64,000 bases of DNA from NCBI GenBank assembly GCA_003427395.1, contig BFEA01000013.1, positions 1,805,827 to 1,869,826 of the forward strand, read 5' to 3'. The notes beneath the pieces were generated by a model. It searched no databases and was not told where the DNA came from. It saw nothing but the letters and a program-made list of their open reading frames with translations. The translations under genes were made by a program, and so were the position numbers. This document shows, one piece after another, positions 53,553 to 64,000 of this stretch (the first letter of the stretch is position 1; each line of letters opens with the position of its first letter). Source of the stretch: Chara braunii. Its lineage: Eukaryota > Plantae > Charophyceae.

Positions 53553-53821
53553 NNNNNNNNNNNNNNNNNNNNNNNNNNNNNNNNNNNNNNNNNNNNNNNN
53601 NNNNNNNNNNNNNNNNNNNNNNNNNNNNNNNNNNNNNNNNNNNNNNNNNNNNNNNNNNNNNNNNNNNNNNNNNNNNNNNNNNNNNNNNNNNNNNNNNNNN
53701 NNNNNNNNNNNNNNNNNNNNNNNNNNNNNNNNNNNNNNNNNNNNNNNNNNNNNNNNNNNNNNNNNNNNNNNNNNNNNNNNNNNNNNNNNNNNNNNNNNNN
53801 NNNNNNNNNNNNNNNNNNNNN

Positions 53822-53863
<42 letters not shown>

Positions 53864-54110
53864 TAGAGAGAGAGAGAGAGAGAGAGCTTATCAGTCTCTA
53901 GCTCGCGCTTCGCCGCGTGCTACCTGGATCGATAAAACGAGCAAATCAACAAGTGGTTGTGTATATTGGCACGTTTCAGCGGAAGATTCATTCCGTTTTT
54001 GCTCATCCTATCGATGGAATGTGGGTGATCGTATCGATGGAATGTGTGTGATCCTATCGCTGGAATGAGAGTGATCCTAACGAAGCAATGTGACTGATCC
54101 TAACGATGGA

Positions 54111-54158
<48 letters not shown>

Positions 54159-57100
54159 AAGAGAGAGAGAGGAGGGATGGAGACAGGTGGCATCTGTGTG
54201 TGGGGTCGAGTTTGTGAGTGTAGGGCGAGACACACCTGGTGCTGGAAAGAGTGCGACATCGGTCGCCATGTGCTCGTACTTCGGGAATGCTGTTGATATC
54301 ATCTTTCGACTTCGTAGTATAGGCTAGATAGGATCCGCCACATGTAGTTTGGGCACTGAGCGCCAGATAGGATATCAACTTTAGTTCTTCGTTGATGATG
54401 GCGGGAATATTTCAGCATTGTCAATTATGAACTCTTTGTGTGTTCTTATTTGGTGGATCTCGTGATGCAATGATGCTGTTGGTTCGAGGTCAAGACTATC
54501 TGGACTCGTACGTATGATGTTGTTTGATTACTGAAGATCACTATTTTTTTTTCCTTCATATTTATATATTATTATTATTATTATTATTACTATTATTATT
54601 ATTATCAGGTGCAATGTGGTTCTTGAGTCCACGTGGCATCTGTGTTGGGGATTGAGGTTGTGAGTGAAGGAGGACACGTACCTGGTGGAGGTGGAGGTCG
54701 GCATTGGTGTTGACATCATCATCACTCGCTGGTAGTCAAGTTGTCTGGTTGTTGTCATACTGTAGTTGTAGTGATAGGCTGTAGAGTAGATAGGGCGCCT
54801 AGCGCCATTCAGAAGAGAGAGCTACATTGGGTTATGCTGTTGGTGTTGCCCTGTTGAGCTTGGACATTGACTCACAATTCTTCTGTATCATTCTCAAATG
54901 GATGGTTACTCGGTTCCATTGTGCTATCTGCTCTTGCTTTCGCTACTTGGACTTCAGTGAGATTTTGCGATTTGGATTTTTGTGCTTCGTCCACATTCAT
55001 GTTCCTTGCATATTTTCATTTTTATTATTATTATTTTATTATTTTTATTATTTTTATTATTATTATTATTATTATTTGGGTCGTAGCGAAACGAAATCGA
55101 GAGAGAAAGAGACGAGGATGATGACGCGAGGGCACGTACCTCGCATCGGAGATGGTCTGCCTTGAGTGACATCTTCGAGTACTTCGCTGGCTGCTGACGT
55201 CTGCAATTGCATTGTCAATTTGTAGGCAAATAGTAGTTGTGCGGACGGTAGTCTGGGCGCTGAACGGCAGATAGGCAGTCGACATTGGTTTGTTGATGAT
55301 GATGAGACTATTCCAGCATTGTCAAATATAGGTTTTGCTGTGTTCTTATTTGGTGGACCTCGTGATGCGATCCTGCTGCTGGTTTTTTGAGGTCACGACA
55401 GTCTGATCTTGTCTATATACTGCTGTTTGATTTATGAAGTTGCCATCTTCATGGCATTTTTATTATTATTATTATTATTATTGTGCAATCGTACTCGCTT
55501 TCATTTACACTTTTCATGCATGTGAATGGCAGCACAGCAAGCTGGCGACATGCGCCGACTCAATACTCAGAAATATGGCATCCAGATAAGAATCCACTTT
55601 CACTGGCAATGGCGACTCAACGCCAAAACAACTCTCTGTTCACATATACCAGATCGTCGTGGTTATCCTACACGCGGTAATCTGCACTCACGCAACACAC
55701 ACAGCACACATGCACACTAACTACAGCTATGGCAGTTATGGCTGCCTCTACCCTATCGCTGTGCTACGCCCTTCTCTCTCGCCCACTGCGTCCGCCGGGT
55801 TCACTGCGGACCTCCTTGCACAAGTCGCTGTGACAGCGCTTCCGCATGGCTCACGCAGGAATGAATGAAAGGCTGGGTCCTGCCTCTTGATTTATACTCC
55901 GGAAACTCGTTGGACGACCCTGTTTCTCTGGCCCACGGTGTACACAGTCTCAGACGGTACGTGTTTGACTGGACTGGACTGGCTGGACTGGGACTGATTG
56001 AGTCCTGCCGCATCCCCGGTGAGAGAAAAGAGGGGGGAGGCAAATAGGCACATATATACGGACTGTCGAACACATAGACAATCTGAAGCAGACAGCCAGA
56101 TACCGGCAACCAGACAGGCTCAACATGGACAGACACAGACCTATCGAGACAAGCACAGATGTGCAGGCAGACTGAACCAGACAGGCAGACGGATTGGGCA
56201 GTCACCAGATTGGACAGTCAGACACAGACTGTGACACAGGCACGCAGTCACACGACGACAGTCACTCTGTGACATGTAAACACATTCACTCAATGGCATA
56301 GACACGGTGACGAAGACACTGTAAACAGATAAGTACACAGTGTGACAGTCACACAGACACACAATGACACATGCACGGTGAAACACACGCATACACAGTG
56401 GGACGGACACAGTTATTGTGACATACATAGTCACAGTGGAATAAACCCAGACATTGTGACATACGCAGTCACAGTGGGACAGATACACACTGTGACATAC
56501 ACGGTTGCACCATGACCTACAGATGCACGATGACGCATAGTCTTACACGGTGCACAGACACGGTGCACGGTCACACATAGTGCACAGTCGCGTAAACACT
56601 ACACACACTGTCACTGTGACAAACACACGGATATTGTGACAGACCCGCAGATACTAAGAGCACACCTACAGGTACTGAGATAATGACGGTGACACTGTGA
56701 CGCACGTAAACAAATGGAGCAAATACAGTAAAACACTGTGACATACACAGTGACACAGGCTGTGACATACGCGGTGTGACACAGACTGTGGCATGCACAG
56801 TAAAATACAGGTTGTGGTATACACAGTGTGACAGAGGCTATAACATACACAACAAGATACAAACATTGACGCACCCAATGTCACACGAACCATGGAAACA
56901 CATTGTAAGATACAGAATGTAACATACACCGTAACGTACATAGAGAAGGCACGAATTCAGGTACACAGTCGCACACGGAGTACACGGTGAAGTGACAGTC
57001 ACTCAGTGATACATGCACCGTGACACATACACAGTAATAGCCACATAGTCACTCTGTCACACGGTGACACACGCAGTCTCGGTGACACACACAGTAACTA

Positions 57101-57282
57101 GCACCGCGACACACGCAACAGTTTGCGACATATACAGTGAGACACATACATGGTGACACACAGAGGGGGACATATACACAGAGCGAGGAAGAGAGGGATA
57201 GAGAAGGAGAGAATGAAAAAGGGGAGGAGTTATGATAAGGAGGAAACATCGACAAAAGGGGCATCTTCTTTCCCTTAGTCTG

Positions 57283-57348
<66 letters not shown>

Positions 57349-60300
57349 TGTGTCATTATTTATTTTATTATTACCGATTGTTATCGTTTGATTATTTCTA
57401 CTACCTGTGTTAGTTACTATAACTGACATGCGACATCAATACAGGGTCACAGATGAAGAGAAAACATGGGGCATTGGAGAGGGAGGTGACGCTATCCTTT
57501 TGCGATAAGTGCCCACCTCCTTCACCCTTCTCCATGCTTAACTTTGTATGGTCCTCTCATATACCTGCCTCCTCAAATTTATTCAATTGAGGGTTTGATC
57601 ACCGTTGAGTTAACCCTGACCTCGGCTAGCTCTAAGGGCCAGCAATCGATTGCATGAATTATACATGATCGATGACAGGGCGATTGCGGGAACTCTGCCG
57701 GAGTTCAGGCGGAACTCTTGAGGCAGGGAACAGTGAGATATAGGCGCTTCAACATAAAACCTAAACCCTAAACCTTAAACCCTAAACCTATAACCTCAAT
57801 AATACTAATAAATAAGACCACTTCGGGTGAGGGGTCCTTCAGGGCTAAACCCGAGGGGCAGAAAGAGAAACAGTAATGCTTGCATAAGGGAGGAGAAGTA
57901 TGACCTGTCTGGGTGAAATGGCTGGCCAAATGTAACTGATTGCTTCTGAACACAGCGATCTTGCTGTGAGGGTATTTCTTGGAAATATGGATGCGAGGGA
58001 TCAACTTCTCACGAGCATTCTCTCTACACACCGCCTAAACGATGATGGGTACCCTTGATTTGAGCTTGCTATGATCAACTGTCATGGATCAAACCGATCA
58101 TTTTTCATTATGCATATGATCCAGCGTAAATTCTCAAAACTAACAACGATTTAGGGCTCAAATGATATCAAAGGCAATAACTTGGTCCGTCGATAAGGCT
58201 TGTGTGGGGGTAAGAGTAGCAGGGTCGCATGAAGCCTGCCTTATCGGTGACTGGTCGCATAGTAAGAGTAGCAGGGTCTATGAAACGTGGCTTATCAACG
58301 ACTAGCCAAGTGATAAGAGTAGCAAAGCTCTATGAAAAGGTCCTCCCTTACCACCGATGAGCCTTACACTTGGTTAGTGATAAGAGTAGCAGGGTTCCTT
58401 GGACACCCGCCTTATTGATGGCTAGTCAGTGATAAGAGTAGCAGGGGAAGCCAGCCTTATCAGTGACTAGTCTGATATAAGAGTAGCGAGGTTTCAAGGA
58501 CACCTGCCTTATCATTGACCAATCTAACCTTCTTTCAGTGGCAAGAGTAGCAGGATTCCTTGGACACACGCTTTATTAATGACTAGCAAGTGATAAGAGT
58601 AGCAGGGGAAGCCTTCCTTATCAGTGACTAGTCTGATATAAGAGTACCGAGGTTTCAAGAACACCTGCCTTATCATTAACCAATCTAACATTCATTCAGT
58701 GGTAAGAGTAGCAGGGTTCCTTGCACACCCGCCTTATTGATGGCTAGTCAGTGATAAGAGTAGAAGGGGAAACCTGCCTTATCAGTGACTAGTCTGATAT
58801 AAGAGTAGCGAGGTTTCAATGATACTTGCCTTATCAGTGATCAGCCTCACATTCATTCAGTGGTAAGNNNNNNNNNNNNNNNNNNNNNNNNNNNNNNNNN
58901 NNNNNNNNNNNNNNNNNNNNNNNNNNNNNNNNNNNNNNNNNNNNNNNNNNNNNNNNNNNNNNTACACCCGCCTTATTGAGGTCTAACCAGTGGTAAGAGT
59001 AGCAGGGAAGCCTGCCTTATCAGTGACTAGTCTGATATAAGAGTAGCGAGGTTTCAAGGACACCTGCCTTATCAGTGATCACACTAATAGTTAGTCAGTA
59101 ATAAGAGTTGCAGGGTTCCATGGACACCCGCCTTATTGATGGGTAGCCGGTGATAAGAGTAGCAGGAGAAGCCTGCCTTATCAATGACTAGTCTAATATA
59201 AGAGTAGTGAGGTTTCAAGAACACCTGCGTTATCATTCACCGATCTATCATTTTTTTTTTTTTCAGTGATAAGAGTAGCAGGGTTCCTTGGACACCTGCC
59301 TTATTGAGGTCTAGCCAGTGATAAGTGTAGCAGGGAAAGTCTGCCTTATCAGTGACTAGCCTGATATAAGAGTAGCAGGGTCTCAATGACAATTGCCTTA
59401 TCAGTGATCATCCTAGCACTAAGTCAGTGATAAGTGTAGCAAGATTCCTTGGATACTTGCCTTATTGATGTCTAACCAGTGATAAGAGTAGCACGAAAAT
59501 TCTGCCTTATCAGTGACTAGCCTGATATAAGAGTAGTAGGATTTCAAGGAGGTTTGCCTTATTAGTGATGAGCCTTACACTCTGTCAGTGATAAGAGTAG
59601 CAAGGTTCCTTGGATACCCGCCTTATTGAGGTCTAACCAGTGATAAGAGTAGCAGGGAAAGCCTGCATTATCAAGTGACTAGTCCGATGTTAGACTAGCG
59701 AGGTTTCAAGGACACCTGCCTTATCAGTGACTAGCCATGGGTTAAGCCTACCACTAAGTGTGCTTCAGCGCACAGGGGTCAAGACCCACAAGGTTTGTCC
59801 TTGTCAAACAGACTCAAGTAACAAGTGGATAAATCCTGAATGGTCTGCCATACCATCGCTAACCTTCTCCGCGATCTGCATCGTTCAGTCCTAACTAACT
59901 ATCTCTGATTCTACTGGGATGTAACGTGAGATCTTGACTCAGAGAAGCTTATCACCCTTTGAAATTCTGATTTGAGCTCCATTACGTGATTCCTTTCTGA
60001 ATTGAATGAATGATATTGCTTGTGGTGGCTAGGGACATGGGGCTCATAAAAAAAAGGAAACTAAGTACAATCGCAGGGAAGAAGGGTCGAAGAATGAGCT
60101 TTGTTCGTCGTCTGGACCGACTGGGCAGCAGAATGACAGTTAGATCAGGGTAGAAGTTAGGCAGTAGGTCGACGACATGCACAGAACTTTTCGTCACAAG
60201 TCTAGAAGGGATAGAAGGGATCTTCTAGGACCCAAAGAGAGGATGCTGAGATTCTTTTGGACCATGTTGTGTCTACAGGTTCATCACTCTTGGAGAGGAC

Positions 60301-60772
60301 TACGGAAGAAATCCGTAAGGAACTCCAAATTATGTTATCTCTGGATAACAGGTCGGCATAACTCCGACTCAACTTCCACATGGCTTGATAACCACACCTA
60401 AGACAAGACCTAAGAAGGGAACAAATAAATCTTCCTCCTGTATCAACACCTAAATTTGTCCAAATCACACTCAGAGGTCTTTGAAAATGTAAAGGGTTGG
60501 GGTAAAAGGAGTCAGGTTTAAGAAGGAATGTTGTTTTCAAGGTTTTAGGGCGTGAGTGGATTGCTATGAATGGGTTAAAGGTTGACGCTTGTAGTGCATT
60601 CTGTGTCTGCATCTGTATGCGTGTATGTGTTTTCCTAGCATCTGCACAGGTGCTGTGCATTGAACTGTCTTCTGAATTTTGGGATCATCTGGAGATATTC
60701 GGACAACAGGACACAGCAATTGTGAAAGTAAGGTCAACCGCTCGTTCAGCTCCCCTGATTTACATACATACT

Positions 60773-60828
<56 letters not shown>

Positions 60829-61390
60829 TGAGATCATAGTTGGTCAAGGGTCAGAAAGTCATCTGTTTAGGTTCTGCTTGAAAGAATGTGAAAGTACAAA
60901 GGGGCCTGATGATGGCCTTCTCATATGGTCAACATAATAAACATAGAGTCATTATCATAGTTAGCTAAGCGTGGAAGACTGTCCGAGAAAGTCGACCTGA
61001 TTAGATAGTCGGTCCGGGGAATTAGCACTTCGGGGCACGACACACGGGTCAGTCTTAAGGCGTTCTACCGCGCGTATGCCTATGCTACAACGGTCGAGAA
61101 AACGCCCTCGGTTGGCCTACCTCTGCGATTGCATGTAAAAACCTTCGCACGTGGGTCAGTAGCTCAGCAGGGATACGCCCACCTAAGGGATGGTTACAAC
61201 TCATGTAGGTGGAGGTATGTTGTACCTCGCGGGACCCTAACCTGTCGTAGGGAGTCGCAAGAGGTATAGCACGTGCGCACGGTCAGAGTTGGTATTGCGT
61301 AAAGTGACAAGGAAACTCCTGCGTGACACGACCGTGAGGTCCGACACAAAAACTACTTTGCGTCTGGGTGTGGGACCGCCGCGTGCGATA
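51404..61390 (+). repeat. 3' LTR of element E (~10 kb including N gaps)
   Basis: Direct repeat of 37204-46848; followed by TSD GCGT. Confidence 0.92.
58208..59730 (+). repeat. Bulged stem-loop array in the E 3' LTR
   Basis: Same units as 43660-45200. Confidence 0.93.
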
Positions 61391-61394
61391 GCGT

Positions 61395-61659
61395 GCATTT
61401 GGGGTATTCAGGGTGATCCGGAGTTGAAGAGTGAAGTGAGCAGTGGTGTTGGACACAGTGCCAAGAGCTACGATGTTTGAGTGCTGATGCACCATAATCT
61501 GTCGAAGCGAGCTTGCATCTGAACGGTATCTTGGTCTCCATATCTTCCAGCTTTGAGTTGGGCGCTATGCGCCAGCGAGAATCCCCAACTGTTTGTATGT
61601 ATGCGAAATGTAAAGGAAAACGAGCCTGCCTACCGGTAAAATAATAATAATAATAATAA

Positions 61660-61702
<43 letters not shown>

Positions 61703-64000
61703 TAATAATATATCAATCAATCAATAATAATAATAATAATAAGTAATAAAATTCAAACAGAATACAAGGAAATTGAGCCATAGCGAACTGTAGAAATCAA
61801 ACAGCATCATATACGCAAGACCAGATAGCCGTGACCTCGAACTAGTCAGCAGAATTGCCTCACGAGTTTCACCGAATTAGGAAGGCACCAACAACTCATA
61901 ATTGACAATGCTGGTAAAGTCTCGTCATCATCATTAGTGAAGAACCAATATGATATCCTACCTGGAGCTCGGCGCCCAGACTACAGATGGCAGATCCTAT
62001 CTAGCCTATACTACAATGTCGCACGATGATGACAACAGCTTCCCGAAGTACGAGCATACAGCGACCAATGTCGCACACTTCCAGCACCATCTATGTCTCT
62101 CGCCTCACTCACAATCTTGTTCCCCAACGCACAGATGCCACTTGCACCCAAGGACCACCATGCGCCCCATCTCATTCCCTCTCTCTTACTCTCATGTAAA
62201 CACACACACATTCACGTACACACACACATACGCACCCGTGCAGTGGTGTATATTTCCATGTTCTAGCGATAGATTCACTTATTTTGCTCATCCTATCGAT
62301 GGAAGTAGCGTGTGGGCAGTTGCGGTGTTGGGAGACTTACCTGTTGTCCTCCCTTCTAGTCCCCGTCGTCGTCGTCGCTCGACAGTCCATCACTCTCCGC
62401 AAGGCAACGCGACCAGTCATGGAGTGCAACGTACCGGGATCACAGTATGTGGGACATAACAGGTACGTGCGCGTACTGAACAAGTCGGGCGGATGGCTGA
62501 TTCGTGCTCATGACGTCGCCGGCTTCGATTGCACGACTTAGGTGAGTAGCCTTCTTCTTCCTTTACTTCTCACCTTCCCTTCTTCCTTCCTTCTTCGTCT
62601 CCTCCTCCTTCTTCTTCTTCTCCTCGCGCGCCTCTTTCTTCTGCGCAGCTACCTTTTTCCCACCGCGCGGTCATCTTTTTCCCCGTCGTCTCCTTCCCGT
62701 CCTGTTCATGCGTTATTTCGCCCCGCTGTTCTCCCCTTTTCACTTTGTTTGGGTGTCTTCATTCATTTGCGTCCGTGGTCTTCCTCTTGACCGGTCTCAC
62801 CACCTCACTCTTGATCTCCCCCTCTCCCTTCTCCTTCTTCTTCTTTGTCTTCCTCCTTCTCCTCCTCCTCCTCCTCCTCTTCTTCTTCTTCTTCTTCTTT
62901 GCACATCTGCTTTCCTCTGCGCCTTACCTTTCGCGCGCTGCTATCTTGCTGTTCCCACCGCGCGATCACTCCGTTGCTCCCTGTTTGTTCTTCTGTTGGT
63001 CTTCCCTGTTGTCATTGTCTCCCTTACCGTAATCGTCATCTCCGTCGCTTGCTCCTCACCTTCTCCCTCATCCCCTTCGTCGTTCTTGCTACCTTCCCCC
63101 TCCCATTCTCCATCTTTCTCCTTCCTCCTTCTTTTTTTTTTCCTTCTTCTTCGTCTATTTCGTTTTCTCGCGACGCTACCTCGCGACTTCCGCTCCGCGT
63201 TGTCTATGTTGCGCCCATTCTTGCATGCTTATGCTTCCTCCACACGCGCCTTCCTCTACCGCACAGCCATCCTTTTTCCTTTGCGCTGTCTCGCTTTCTA
63301 CCCGTACTCGTTTTCTCTGTCCTGACGCTCCTCCCTTGCCGTACTCAAACGCGAGAGTCCTCCCTGTCGTCGTCGCAGGTCGGATACCGAGCGAGATGTC
63401 GGGAAGTTCGGGGGAATGAATCTGCCCCGGTTCTAACAACTGATTCAACAAGTTTTCATACGAGAACGGAGGAAAGGAAATAAACCAAGAAAACAAAAAC
63501 AAAAAAATCGTAAAGGAAAGAAAAAAATAAATAAAGAAATTTGAACAAGGCAAAAAAAGAAAATCTAACTACCTAACTACCCTGTCGTGCCATCTGTCGG
63601 GGAGGCCAACTACCTATAACTACTCCTAACAATGAGGTCGCGGGTTCGAGTACCCACCGCCTGAGGTCGGGGTAAAAGTGCAACTCCCTTACAACAAAAA
63701 TGGAGCTAGCTCAAGGGGCCGAGGCAGATTCAATCCCTATGTCCCCGGCTTGACAGTCTGCCCTGAAACCTAATGAGCTAGCTCCTACTTCGGTTAGAAG
63801 AGGAGCCGCTCAGTACTATATAGAGTAGTGGGGCTCGGTCCACCTAGTGACCCGAGCCCTTTTTTTAAATTTGTGTGTGTGCACGCTTGCCGGTCTGCAC
63901 ACCTGTTTGAGAGCTTTGTTGGCTAGAGTGTGTGTGTGGCCCGCAATGGCACTTGGTTGACCAGAAGGTCTGAAACGTCGTTTCTTACCTGCGGTCGTGA
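61395..64000 (-). mobile_element. LTR D, upstream portion (runs off the window)
   Basis: Begins after the TSD of E; reverse complement resembles the upstream part of the E LTR (63600-63990 vs 37860-38260; 61780-62160 vs 39600-39950). Confidence 0.75.

Larger units (their letters stand above)
37204..61390 (+). mobile_element. Element E: complete 24.2-kb non-autonomous (LARD-like) LTR retrotransposon
   Basis: Two LTRs TGTCGG...GCGACA/GCGATA; perfect TSD GCGT (37200-37203, 61391-61394); PBS; 4.55-kb internal region lacking gag-pol. Confidence 0.92.

Noticed and set aside
37204-61390. Plain segmental or tandem duplication
   Set aside because: TG...CA-type ends, a PBS after the first copy and a perfect TSD identify the repeats as LTRs
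2551-64000. Hammerhead ribozyme (retrozyme) in the LTRs
   Set aside because: By eye I found no conserved CTGANGA...GAAA core shared among LTR copies; a covariance-model search would be needed to exclude it

Overview
Eukaryotic, repeat-rich DNA with no host gene I can support. The plant-type tRNA-Asp primer-binding site (PBS), CCCTAAA repeats and many microsatellites suggest a streptophyte, perhaps a Chara-like alga (inference only). From ~2.55 kb to the end, the window is a nest of related Ty3/gypsy LTR retrotransposons with giant LTRs (5.6-10 kb), TG...CA ends and 4-bp target-site duplications (TSDs) centred on CG. Element A (+, ~2551-32162) has a tRNA-Asp PBS, decayed gag-pol and, in the env position behind a strong splice acceptor, a second Gag-like ORF with a coiled coil and zinc knuckle. 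Inserted in A are solo LTR C (+, 3049-10381), solo LTR B (-, 13571-19216), a foldback hAT-like element in integrase (25914-27466) and LTR D (-, 32163 to beyond 64000). D is split by a complete 24.2-kb non-autonomous element E (+, 37204-61390) with ~9.6-10 kb LTRs. The most striking signal is a shared LTR layout: a covarying hairpin followed by a 5' splice site, then a 2.2-2.9 kb predicted intron holding a family-specific tandem array of stem-loops, a conserved twin hairpin, a 3' splice site and a conserved structured end block. This resembles a complex-retrovirus-like RNA sorting system. A Nextera mate-pair adapter at 27606-27643 is an assembly artefact. All alignments and folds were done by eye.
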